A stretch of 64,000 nucleotides of DNA from Porphyromonadaceae bacterium (GTDB lineage: Bacteria; Bacteroidota; Bacteroidia; Bacteroidales; Dysgonomonadaceae), in assembly GCA_022840285.1 (NCBI GenBank), contig JALHIE010000027.1, positions 13,080 to 77,079 of the forward strand, written 5' to 3'. Under the pieces are notes generated by a model. The model was not told the origin of the DNA. It searched no databases and saw only the letters and a list, made by a program, of their open reading frames with translations. Below are positions 29,797 to 39,075 of the stretch, one piece after another (the first letter of the stretch is position 1; each line of letters opens with the position of its first letter). A program made the translations under genes and the position numbers.

Positions 29797-30486
29797 ATGA
29801 AAAGTAATAAAAGACTTGTGAAACTACTTACATTTTTCATGTTGTTTTTCTGCATGAATGTATGGACAAACAATCCAGACGAAAAATCATCAAATCACTT
29901 CACCATCATGGGGCTGGGAGATTCCATCACGCAAGGAGGAGAAGATGCATATCTATGTTCACTTAACCAGATGCTTGATTCGGCAGGTTACTCCGTTGAA
30001 TTTATTGGCCCAAACGTGAGGACATGCAACGGGCTGCCATTACATCATTGCGGTTTCAGCGGGAAGACAATCGAATTTCTCGAAGCCCGTATAGACACGA
30101 TTTATCGAAAGTACCCTGCGGATGTGGTATTGCTCCATGCTGGGCATAATCATACCTATACCGAAAAACCTGTTACAGGAATGATTGCCGCATATAAATC
30201 GCTCATCTGTAAAATCAGGGAAATCAATCCCGATGCAAAAATTTTTGTTGCCCAGGTGATTCCAAGCGGAAAACTGCCCAAGTATTCTTACATACCCGAA
30301 CTGAACCGCGAAATTGCCAAAATGGTCAGAAAACAGAACGACAAAAATGTTTTGTTAGTTGATCTGTCTCGCAATTTCGATTGGAAACGCTATACACATG
30401 AGGATATGGTACATCCCAACCATGCTGGTGTTGAAAAAATGGCTGGAGCATGGTACGCTGCGATACAAAAATATTTCAAGAATTAA
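29797..30486 (+). CDS. SGNH/GDSL-family hydrolase, secreted
   Basis: Block I GLGDSIT, block III HAGHN, block V DMVHPN; signal peptide. Confidence 0.9.
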   Translation: MKSNKRLVKLLTFFMLFFCMNVWTNNPDEKSSNHFTIMGLGDSITQGGEDAYLCSLNQMLDSAGYSVEFIGPNVRTCNGLPLHHCGFSGKTIEFLEARIDTIYRKYPADVVLLHAGHNHTYTEKPVTGMIAAYKSLICKIREINPDAKIFVAQVIPSGKLPKYSYIPELNREIAKMVRKQNDKNVLLVDLSRNFDWKRYTHEDMVHPNHAGVEKMAGAWYAAIQKYFKN

Positions 30487-30621
30487 TCCCTTGTTATCAG
30501 GAAAAAAACAGCAGGAAAAACAGTATCTTTGCAAAACAATGATTATATACTATAAAATAACATGAGCGTTTGCTTTTAATTGATTACTTCTGCACAATAA
30601 ACCAATTATCATCATAAAAAC

Positions 30622-31842
30622 ATGAAGAAAACGATTTTTTTGCTGATTGCTGTGTTCTGTTTATCAGCTACAGTCAAGAATGAGCCGAAAGACTCCAAGA
30701 CAAGTTATGCAAAAACAGTGCTGCAACCCTACGTGGACAGTGGTCAGTTGGCCGGTGCCATTAGTGTATTCTACAAGGACGGCGTGCAGGAAACCTGCTG
30801 CATAGGCTATGCCGACGTATCAAAAAAGCGCCCAATAAAGATGGACAATGTATTCATGCAATGTTCACAGACAAAAGGCTTCTGCGGAGTGACAATCGCC
30901 AAGCTGGTGGAAGAGGGCCGTATTTCACTCGACGACCCTGTTTCAAAGTATCTTCCGGAGTTTGTGGAATTATGGGTGCTGGATGCAGCAAATGACAGTA
31001 CCAAGACCCTTCGTAAGGCCAAGAACGTCCTTACCATCCGTATGGTGCTCAACCATACTGGAGGCTTTCCCTTCGAAATTAGTGCCAAGCGCTCCGACGT
31101 CAGGGGTGGCGGATGGTCCGGAGGAGCTCCTCTTCGCCAGACAGCCTCCATCGCTGCCGCATCGCCCATCATGTTCGAGCCCGGTACCCGCGAGCTCTAT
31201 TCCAATACGGGAATTGACATTGGTGCAGCTATTGTTGAGGTCGTCACAGGGATGAAGTGGGAGGTATATCTCAAGCAGGAGGTGCTTGATCCCTTGGGAA
31301 TGAAGTCCACATGGTTCTGGCCTACCGACAAACAGCTTAAGAACAAGATAGAACTCTATGAGAACAAAGAAAATGCTCCAGCTGAGTGGCGTGAAGAAAT
31401 GCCATGGCAGCAACGGCCTTATAATGACTCCCATGTATTTGCTTCTGCCGGTGCGGGTCTCTGGACTACCGCCAATGACCAGCTGAAGTTCTATAAGATG
31501 CTGATGAATCTTGGCTTGGGAGAGAATGGCGTGCGCATCTTGAAAGAAGAAACCGTGAAGAATCTTCTCGCTCTTTCCACCCGTCCCAAGGGTCTGGGCG
31601 GCTATTCCCTCGGCTTGTCAGCACCAGAACAGGACAGCGAAGACGCTTGGTTTGGTCATGGTGGTGCCTGGGGTACTAACTGTTCCGTCAATTGGCACAA
31701 GAAAGAGCTTAAGCTCTGGGTGGTCCAATCCGCCGGAGGAGGACAGCCATGGCTTGCCGAAATCAGTAAAGCTGCCGAGAAGTTCTTCGCTCAACCATTA
31801 AGCAAATCTGGCGTTGATGCATATACTGGAAGGACCGAATAA
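30622..31842 (+). CDS. Serine hydrolase, class C beta-lactamase / family VIII esterase fold, secreted
   Basis: SxxK (SQTK), YxN (YSN), LNHTGG, FGHGGAWG; TATCTTTG promoter at 30524-30531. Confidence 0.88.
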   Translation: MKKTIFLLIAVFCLSATVKNEPKDSKTSYAKTVLQPYVDSGQLAGAISVFYKDGVQETCCIGYADVSKKRPIKMDNVFMQCSQTKGFCGVTIAKLVEEGRISLDDPVSKYLPEFVELWVLDAANDSTKTLRKAKNVLTIRMVLNHTGGFPFEISAKRSDVRGGGWSGGAPLRQTASIAAASPIMFEPGTRELYSNTGIDIGAAIVEVVTGMKWEVYLKQEVLDPLGMKSTWFWPTDKQLKNKIELYENKENAPAEWREEMPWQQRPYNDSHVFASAGAGLWTTANDQLKFYKMLMNLGLGENGVRILKEETVKNLLALSTRPKGLGGYSLGLSAPEQDSEDAWFGHGGAWGTNCSVNWHKKELKLWVVQSAGGGQPWLAEISKAAEKFFAQPLSKSGVDAYTGRTE

Positions 31843-31889
31843 TTCATTTCATGAGTCGGCTTGAATGATATCCGTGTCAGACGGTCCTC

Positions 31890-31933
31890 GACATTCTGTT
31901 CCGGCAAAGCGCGAAACGAGATTTCTTTGTACC
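31890..31933. repeat. Cassette-boundary repeat, copy 3 (right half)
   Basis: GACATTCTGTTCCGGCAAAGCGCGAAACGAGATTTCTTTGTACC. Confidence 0.92.
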
Positions 31934-32039
31934 ATCTTGCTTGATTTTTATTTGTTACAATCATAAGACTTCAATTCTCTTTATCCGGTTACAATAGTTT
32001 TCTTTTTTCCCTTTCCCTGGGAACAAAGCGGCTGTCTCT

Positions 32040-32071
32040 TTTGGTAGTTTTAAATACATTCACTACATTTG
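32040..32071 (+). promoter_or_regulatory. Bacteroidetes sigma-A promoter of the AAA gene
   Basis: TTTG-N20-TACATTTG fits the TTTG-N19-21-TAnnTTTG consensus. Confidence 0.8.
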
Positions 32072-32097
32072 TGTAAAATAGAAATTGTATTTATGAT

Positions 32098-33267
32098 ATG
32101 CAAAAACTGATCGACAGAAAAATAGAAACATTTGTAAAAGAGAATCTAAGCGTATTTCCTGCGGTTGTCATTTTAGGCCCAAGGCAATGCGGAAAGTCCA
32201 CCTTGGTGAAGATGCTCTATCAAAATTCGAATGCCTATCTATATTTGGACCTTCAGAACCTGGATGACTTGAACAAGTTGAGAGAGCCTATGTTATTCTT
32301 CCAGGCTAATCAGGATGTAACAATTTGTTTGGACGAGATTCAGTTAGTACCGGAACTTTTTTCTGTCTTACGAAGTGAAATAGACCGTCACCGTCGTCCA
32401 GGACGGTTCATTTTGCTTGGATCTGCTTCGCAGGACCTTATACAGAAAACGTCAGAATCGCTAGCCGGAAGAGTCGGGCTTATTGAACTCACACCCTTTA
32501 CAATTGAAGAAGTTGAGCAAAACATAGATTTTGAATTGAATAAGTTCTGGCTTCGTGGAGGATATCCTGATAGCTATCTCGCATCATCTGAACAAGGAAG
32601 TGTACTTTGGAGAGAAAATTTCCTTAGAACATATGTAGAACGGGATATTCCACAGCTCGGATTTCAAATTCCCGCATTGCAACTTCGTCGTCTGCTGACT
32701 ATGTGTGCGCACAATCAAGGGCAACTTTTTAATTCGTCCAAATTGGGAGAATCGCTAGGTGTAACCTATCAAACTATTCGCCGGTATATCGACCTGATGG
32801 AACAGACCTTTATTATCCGTTCGCTACCGCCATTTGAAAAGAATATCAAGAAACGTCTGGTTAAATCCCCAAAAATTTTTGTGAGAGATAGTGGGTTATT
32901 ACATAGGCTGCTACAAGTGGATGATTTCAATTCACTAATGGGCAACCCTGTTTTCGGATCATCTTGGGAAGGATTTGTAATTGAAAACATCATTTCTTCA
33001 TTGAGAGATTGTAAGTTTTCTTTTTATCGCAGTGCTACAGGGGATGAGTTAGACTTGCTTATTGAGAGGGGTTCCCGAACGATAGCGGTAGAATGTAAAG
33101 CCTCATCGGCACCACAGGTGACCAAAGGCTTTTGGAGAGCTCTAGAAACCACAAAACCGGATAAAACATATATTGTTTCTCCCGTATCAGCATCTTATCC
33201 ATTTAAAAATGATGTGGAAGTTTGCGGGTTGAGTGATTTTTTGAAAAAGGTCGTAACTATAATCTGA
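32098..33267 (+). CDS. AAA_14 ATPase with C-terminal DUF4143 domain
   Basis: GPRQCGKST, CLDEIQ, LLGSAS, RGGYP, KSPKIFVRDSGL, ELDLLIE, AVECKAS. Confidence 0.93.
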   Translation: MQKLIDRKIETFVKENLSVFPAVVILGPRQCGKSTLVKMLYQNSNAYLYLDLQNLDDLNKLREPMLFFQANQDVTICLDEIQLVPELFSVLRSEIDRHRRPGRFILLGSASQDLIQKTSESLAGRVGLIELTPFTIEEVEQNIDFELNKFWLRGGYPDSYLASSEQGSVLWRENFLRTYVERDIPQLGFQIPALQLRRLLTMCAHNQGQLFNSSKLGESLGVTYQTIRRYIDLMEQTFIIRSLPPFEKNIKKRLVKSPKIFVRDSGLLHRLLQVDDFNSLMGNPVFGSSWEGFVIENIISSLRDCKFSFYRSATGDELDLLIERGSRTIAVECKASSAPQVTKGFWRALETTKPDKTYIVSPVSASYPFKNDVEVCGLSDFLKKVVTII

Positions 33268-33343
33268 TCTCCCCGGAGCTTGACATTCTGTTCCGGCAAA
33301 GCGCGAAACGAGATTTCTTTGTACCCGTCGACGGAGAACTTCA
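33258..33343. repeat. Cassette-boundary repeat, copy 4 (full length)
   Basis: Contains the sequences of copies 1, 2 and 3 contiguously. Confidence 0.92.
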
Positions 33344-33473
33344 GCATTTTGTTTACGCTTTGGAGATTTGTGAATGCAAATTCACCGTGCTCATCGGTCA
33401 TGGTTTCGTTGATCAGTACCGAGTCCGGCAGGGTGTAGACAGTTTTTATCTTGGCGCTCATGGGTATGATCAA
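33270..33473 (-). pseudogene. Fragment of a carboxypeptidase-regulatory-like domain from an outer-membrane protein gene; source of the boundary repeat
   Basis: VYTLPDSVLINETMTDEHGEFAF...LKFSVDGYKEISF; truncated where the AAA unit begins. Confidence 0.65.
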
Positions 33474-33622
33474 CCCGCTTTTTTCTTTTCACTGGAAACT
33501 AAGCGGCCGTCAGGTACATTTCCACCGGCCTTTTACGCAAATTGTTTTGTCTAACTTGGGACTGTCCTACAAAAAGAGAAGGTTACAAGGGTAAGAATTA
33601 TTTTGATATAACAAACCAAATG

Positions 33623-33644
33623 TAAACAAAATTGTTTATTTTTG
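33623..33644 (+). promoter_or_regulatory. Palindromic operator overlapping the -7 box of the HigA-like gene
   Basis: TAAACAA-AA-TTGTTTA is a perfect inverted repeat overlapping TATTTTTG. Confidence 0.65.
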
Positions 33645-33659
33645 TAGAAAGAATTATTT

Positions 33660-34094
33660 ATGAATAATCTTATCGACATAATAAAAGGTATTCATCCTGG
33701 GAAATTTATTGAAAGGGAATTGAAAAAGAAGCACCTCACTCAACGTGCGTTAGCTGATGAGACAGGTATTCCATTTCAAACTATTAATGCCATTATCGCA
33801 GGTAGGCGTAGTTTGACTACTAAGCAAGCCTTAAAAATAGATCAGATATTAGGGTATGAAGAAGGCTTTTTCGCTATTCTTCAAACTCACTATGATATTA
33901 AGCAATACAAGGAAAAAGATTTAGCTAGTATTTATACAGAAGCTCCCCACATTCGCAAATCTTTATTTTGGGATACTGATTTCAATAAAATTAATTGGGC
34001 TAAATATAAAAATGCAGTTATCAAACGTGTTTTTGAAAGAGGAAGCAAAGACGAAATAGAAGAAATTACCCGATATTATAATCTATCAAATTAG
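33660..34094 (+). CDS. HigA/VapI-family antitoxin HTH fused to a DUF6922-like C-terminus
   Basis: IKGIHPG, LTQRALA, INAIIAGRRSLT; C-terminal SLFWDTDF...VIKRVFERG. Confidence 0.85.
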   Translation: MNNLIDIIKGIHPGKFIERELKKKHLTQRALADETGIPFQTINAIIAGRRSLTTKQALKIDQILGYEEGFFAILQTHYDIKQYKEKDLASIYTEAPHIRKSLFWDTDFNKINWAKYKNAVIKRVFERGSKDEIEEITRYYNLSN

Positions 34095-34226
34095 ACAATG
34101 GCTATCAAATAACTCCCTTTATAGTCACTTTGCAGGTAACCGGTAATGGAAGGGCGAGTTTTGAGTTACCTGGAAAGAAAGTAGTACTTTCCTGATGGCC
34201 AGAAAAATCAAGAAGTAGTTACTCGG

Positions 34227-34387
34227 GTTTTTACGATCCTTCAAATTATAGGTATCTCTCACTGATAAGATTCACTGGAGTGATATCTTCAAAAAATCAA
34301 ATATCAATAATGTCAATGAACGATTCGGTTATAGTGAACTGTGTTTATTTAATTTTTAATCGTTCACATTTTTAACGGACAGTAGTG
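34227..34387 (+). mobile_element. Right-end remnant of a Bacteroidetes IS4-family element
   Basis: Translates with one frameshift as ILQIIGIS-TDKIHWSDIFKKSNINNVNERFGYSELCLFNF*, resembling IS4/DUF4372 transposase C-termini as I recall them, followed by a TTTTAACGGACAGTAGTG end-like sequence. Confidence 0.6.
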
Positions 34388-34463
34388 ATTTGAATTGAGT
34401 TTTGATCGGAGAAACCATTGAGAATACTTATCAGATTACCACTCTCTAAAGAAAGCAACAAGC

Positions 34464-34494
34464 TTTGAAATGAAATTATAATGTTGTATTTTTG
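34464..34494 (+). promoter_or_regulatory. Sigma-A promoter of the SIR2 gene
   Basis: TTTG-N19-TATTTTTG. Confidence 0.75.
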
Positions 34495-34561
34495 AATTGA
34501 GATCTGGTATCTTTTTGGATGAAATAAACAAATTAAAAGAGTGCGGTAAAATTTAAACCTT

Positions 34562-37500
34562 ATGTCGATTAATAATGAAGAAACGATCGGGAAGTTAATA
34601 GATCTTCTTGATGCCGAAAAGCTTTCGGTTGTTGTAGGAGCAGGTTTTAGCAAGAATGCAAGTCCAAAATTCCTTACTTGGAAAGAGCTTCTTAAGGATA
34701 TGGTTATAGAAATGTATGGTTCTATGGCACGAGAATTAGTTGAGTATGTCAAGGTGCGTGGAAGTAATAAAGAACAACGTTTTTGGAAAGATTTTGTTGA
34801 TCAGGTCATTAACGAAAAAGGGTATTTAACTATCGCATCTGAATATGTCAAAAGGCATGGTTATAGAGAAGTTATTGACGAATATATTGAAGCAAGAACG
34901 CCACTGGTTATTGAGGATCGGGATAGGTTTTATACAAAACTAAACGGTACTAAACACGAGGTCGATTTAAATACTCACGATCAACTTCTCGCTGTTAAAT
35001 GGAATAACGTTTACACATTCAATTATGACAATCTTTTGGATGTTGTGGGTGGGGCTGAAAGGCATAAGGTGCTTGAAGAGGAGATAATTGAATTAGAGAA
35101 GAACGTTTCCGATATCGATTTACGACTTGTCGTTATTGAGGAGGAGCTAGGAAGAATTGAAAAAGTAGAAGATGCAAAATCACAGCTAAAAGATACTTTC
35201 AATAATAAAGAGAGCCCTATCAGCTCAGGAATAAGAACGAATGAATTAAGGGTTATAGACAAGAAATCACTCATAGTTGAACAAAGTGATTTAAAGGGAA
35301 AGAAAAATATCAATAAAGTTGCCATTGAGTCTAAAAAGAGCGAACAAGATAATCTGTATTACCTGGTTCAAAATTCTTTTGATTTATCACTCCGGAAGAA
35401 GCAAAACATCATCAAACTTCATGGAACTGTTAGAAAGGCTAAATGTGAGAAGTATGGTTTTGATAATGACCCACGTTGCCATTATATCATTACTGCCGAT
35501 GACTACGAGAATTACCAGGAAAAACACGAGGCATTTGTGAACCTCATGCGAATAGCGTTATTACAAGATTCATTCTGTCTAATTGGTTTTTCTGGTGATG
35601 ATCCCAACTTTACAAGCTGGCTGTGCTGGGTAAGAGATATATTAGACCGAAGAAGTGTAGAGAATAAAGAAGAGAAAGTTTTTTTCATAGATGTCAGCGG
35701 ACACCCTTTGAGTGAAAGCAAGAAGTTGTTTTTCAAGAATCACTATATCAAACATGTACCTCTTTTTAGTGATCCCCAAGAAGCGACTCCGTCCAAGATC
35801 AAGGAAGCATTAAATCAACTATTTCAAAAATTAAATCGTAAAGGAAAAGCTGTAAAAGAAGTTCAGCAATACACAGACTTTTGGCAAGAATATAACTTTA
35901 ATCCCCCAAAGAACGACGATTCCTATTTATATGGCCTTAAACGAAAAATGATAAGCGAAGTTTGGAATAATAGAGAATTTAACCGTTTACCGAGATTGGA
36001 GCTTGACTATATTGGTATAAAACAAAGAGTAATTAGTGATTTGATTCTGAGAATAAAGGAAGGAAAAGTAAATGAGGATATAGCAAAATTGTTCATATTA
36101 GCTTTTAAGGAATTTTTTATTCCCTTAAACACGGTAATCGATAACGATATGCTTGCAGCTCTTCCTGATTTGTTCAAACCATATCCCGATATCTCAGAAG
36201 AACTGGAACTACTATATTTAAGAAGCTTGAACTTAACAGGTAGGAATATTTCGGAACTCACGAGAAACAGAACTTCGGACGCAATAGTTTATGAATCGAT
36301 ATTAAACGCAGCTTTTCATTTCGATTTCACCTCAATGAATCAACAGCTTAATCGTTGGAACCCGGGAGGATTACGTTGGAAAAGTGGGAAAATTGCATTG
36401 ATAAGTTACTTTAATTCTAAAATAGATTCGAGTAATAGTGAATATGAGAAAACATCAGAAACAAACATCCAAGAATATATATATTTCTTGGATACAAAAT
36501 TGATTGCAACTTTTGGTAAAGAATGGACTTCAAAAAGTGATGAGTTTTATATAATCCATGATAAAGAAAGAAATACTATTGGACAAAATCTAAATAGGCT
36601 GGATGATAACATTAAACATCTAACAAAAAAACTATCAGAACAAAAAGTAGATTTATCTCCCCGGGGTAATACTTCTAGAACATATTACCTAGGAGACAAT
36701 ATGTCTTTGAAGTATTCCATTCAATACCTTCAAGTAATCATTGAAGTTGGTCTTCCTCTACAGGAAGTAGGTATAACCCACATCAAGAAGGAGGACTGGT
36801 ATCGTGCATTTAAAAATATTTATACTCGCTATCCCTACCCATGTCTGTTTTATTCGTTGCAGTATGGAGGTGATGAAAATTTCCTGAAGAGAATCGCGGA
36901 AGATTATGTGTATTCTAATGAATTGTCTGCCATCCACGATGAAATGTTATCCTATTGCCTGAAAGCATATCAAATGCCAGAAACTCCCAATAATATCAAA
37001 CAAGGCATTCTTTCTTTTACCCCGTTATTTTTCAAGAAGGTATCGCCTTCATCGTGGCGAAAAGATTTCGAGAGAATAGTTAATACATTTGATTTACTTA
37101 ATCGAAACCCGAATAGAAATATAGGAAACCCTACCTACAATTTTCTTTATATAGGACTCCAATATACCAGCAGTCAGATTTTTAAGATCAAGATCGCGAA
37201 TAAAATATTATCTCTTGGCAATAAAATAGATCATATTGACAATCATATCCTAATTGCTGCAAGAAGCAATCTGAATAAAAAGTTTAAACAACGGGTAAAG
37301 GTTACTTATATTGACCAGCTCATTGAAACTTTGGAGCAGGTTAGTCAATATTATGTGCTTTTTAATCTTCAAGATTTCCTTTCTCCGTCACAAAAAGAGA
37401 AACTCGTTGCTAAACTTGTTCAGTTCAATTTCAAGAGCTGTAATGAAGAGGGAATGCTAGAAGCATCATCACGGTTATCACAATTAAATCTTTTGTTGGC

Positions 37501-38287
37501 TCGAAAAATAGAACGTGCATTAATTGAGAATAGTTTATTATGGCATAACGGCATAAACTATGACCACGAAAAAAGATACATCGGGTACGGTAGAGATTTT
37601 ATAAAAGTCAGTAAAGTACAAAACCATATAAGTTTTTCTAGATCCACGGTTTTGACCATTTTTAGTAAATTAAAAGAATCTCTCAACAGCATAAAATCGG
37701 TATTAGAAGATGGGAGAGAACTTTTTATTTTTAAATCGTATTGGGCAAGATTGGTATTAGAAATGCAACTATTTTTAAGGGTTAACTTACCTATTTTGAA
37801 ATTCGAAAAGGAATTCGAGAAGGTAAGTAAACTTGTAGAAGAAACCTATCATCAATTAAGCAAATCAGAATCTATTATGAGTTCGCTTATATCTAATGAC
37901 GACTACAAAGTAAGGGAAGGTATACAAAAACTCGTATTCGAGGTTGATAGCTTTGGAGTTCAGAAATTCATTTCAGAGTATCTTGTTGTGGTAAACAGAA
38001 TTGCCTCCAAAGCTAATCCAGGATTAAACAGTTGCATAAATAATTTTGCTTCGGTTATGCAATACCATTTTGAAGATATTGATAAAGAACTTTTCAAGCC
38101 TTTCGTGATCAATATATTAGTGCAATACGGAGAGTATTTTTCAAATCCTGAGGCCATGTGGGACATAAGCGCCAAAAAAGAAGATGTTGAAGATGCAATG
38201 CTCCAACTGAATAACGTAGCATGTGAGTGGAATGTAGGAAATAAATATTGGAGTGGTCACAAAAGAATATTCAAGGTTTCAGAATAA
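34562..38287 (+). CDS. Large SIR2-domain (DSR-like) putative anti-phage NADase, 1241 aa
   Basis: VVVGAGFS, TFNYD (N154), KLHG (H287), IGFSGDDPNF; long helical C-terminal region. Confidence 0.85.
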   Translation: MSINNEETIGKLIDLLDAEKLSVVVGAGFSKNASPKFLTWKELLKDMVIEMYGSMARELVEYVKVRGSNKEQRFWKDFVDQVINEKGYLTIASEYVKRHGYREVIDEYIEARTPLVIEDRDRFYTKLNGTKHEVDLNTHDQLLAVKWNNVYTFNYDNLLDVVGGAERHKVLEEEIIELEKNVSDIDLRLVVIEEELGRIEKVEDAKSQLKDTFNNKESPISSGIRTNELRVIDKKSLIVEQSDLKGKKNINKVAIESKKSEQDNLYYLVQNSFDLSLRKKQNIIKLHGTVRKAKCEKYGFDNDPRCHYIITADDYENYQEKHEAFVNLMRIALLQDSFCLIGFSGDDPNFTSWLCWVRDILDRRSVENKEEKVFFIDVSGHPLSESKKLFFKNHYIKHVPLFSDPQEATPSKIKEALNQLFQKLNRKGKAVKEVQQYTDFWQEYNFNPPKNDDSYLYGLKRKMISEVWNNREFNRLPRLELDYIGIKQRVISDLILRIKEGKVNEDIAKLFILAFKEFFIPLNTVIDNDMLAALPDLFKPYPDISEELELLYLRSLNLTGRNISELTRNRTSDAIVYESILNAAFHFDFTSMNQQLNRWNPGGLRWKSGKIALISYFNSKIDSSNSEYEKTSETNIQEYIYFLDTKLIATFGKEWTSKSDEFYIIHDKERNTIGQNLNRLDDNIKHLTKKLSEQKVDLSPRGNTSRTYYLGDNMSLKYSIQYLQVIIEVGLPLQEVGITHIKKEDWYRAFKNIYTRYPYPCLFYSLQYGGDENFLKRIAEDYVYSNELSAIHDEMLSYCLKAYQMPETPNNIKQGILSFTPLFFKKVSPSSWRKDFERIVNTFDLLNRNPNRNIGNPTYNFLYIGLQYTSSQIFKIKIANKILSLGNKIDHIDNHILIAARSNLNKKFKQRVKVTYIDQLIETLEQVSQYYVLFNLQDFLSPSQKEKLVAKLVQFNFKSCNEEGMLEASSRLSQLNLLLARKIERALIENSLLWHNGINYDHEKRYIGYGRDFIKVSKVQNHISFSRSTVLTIFSKLKESLNSIKSVLEDGRELFIFKSYWARLVLEMQLFLRVNLPILKFEKEFEKVSKLVEETYHQLSKSESIMSSLISNDDYKVREGIQKLVFEVDSFGVQKFISEYLVVVNRIASKANPGLNSCINNFASVMQYHFEDIDKELFKPFVINILVQYGEYFSNPEAMWDISAKKEDVEDAMLQLNNVACEWNVGNKYWSGHKRIFKVSE

Positions 38288-38507
38288 AAATTTGTTTATA
38301 GTTGGTACTATCCAAATTTTTGTGTAAACCCCATACTACAGGGTTCAAGTTCTATACTCGAATCCTGCTTTCAAATATTGTAAGAAATTGGTTAAAAATC
38401 AAGCCCCAATTCCAAATACGCTGATTCCAACTTTTCTCAATTTGGACAGTGTTAACCAATACGAACTTGCATGTTACTATTGGTATTTTTCTCTATAACT
38501 ACACGAA

Positions 38508-39074
38508 TCAAATAAATTCAAAATAGGGATGATCTGCATAATCGTGGCTACCTTCCTCAAGCATAGGATTATTCACAAAAAATGATTTGATATACAAATC
38601 CCGAGCGAAAGAAGTCACAATCGAATTATCTTCAATGTACATGGGCATGATGCAGTATAATCCATTTGACAGCGAGCGATTACTTGCATACATCGATGAC
38701 ATATGGCTCATGATAAGGCCGGTGAATACTTGCTCCTGCACATGGAAAAATTTTCCCAATATGACCATGGCATCATAGCCAAAGCCATAAGCTGCATTGA
38801 TCAGTGCAGCGTATATGATTGCTCTGTCTCCGGTGTATTTAAGACTTGTAAGGTATTCCTGCTTGTGCTCTTCAATGAAAGGATAAAGCGGGTTGCGTTG
38901 TGTCAATTTACCAATGATACTGCGAGCTTTATTGATTCGGTTTGCGCCCTGGTATTCACCGGCAGCCAAGTCTGCAGCATACTCAGGCGTGAAGCTGCCG
39001 TCGAGACAAGCTTTTATGGCCATCTCCATTACATGTATACTTATTCGTTGGTTGATACCTATAATTTTTTCCAT
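38508..39074 (-). CDS. brxA: BREX type 3 BrxA-like protein
   Basis: 188 aa, last gene of the operon, 1 bp after the pglZ stop; N-terminal IGINQRI. Assignment rests mainly on position. Confidence 0.6.
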   Translation of the reverse strand: MEKIIGINQRISIHVMEMAIKACLDGSFTPEYAADLAAGEYQGANRINKARSIIGKLTQRNPLYPFIEEHKQEYLTSLKYTGDRAIIYAALINAAYGFGYDAMVILGKFFHVQEQVFTGLIMSHMSSMYASNRSLSNGLYCIMPMYIEDNSIVTSFARDLYIKSFFVNNPMLEEGSHDYADHPYFEFI

Positions 39075-39075
39075 T

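Noticed and set aside
30622-31842. Bona fide beta-lactam resistance gene
   Set aside because: SxxK and YxN are present, but the KTG triad is replaced by HGG, typical of family VIII esterases; activity cannot be inferred.
29047-33343. Four-copy repeat as a CRISPR array or integron attC series
   Set aside because: Spacing is irregular (0.6-2.2 kb), copies are partial, and there are no GTTRRRY/RYYYAAC ends or long hairpin.
38340-38366. tRNA fragment or attR (GGTTCAAGT...TCGAATCC)
   Set aside because: No cloverleaf and only 8 bp shared with the tRNA-Val 3' end.
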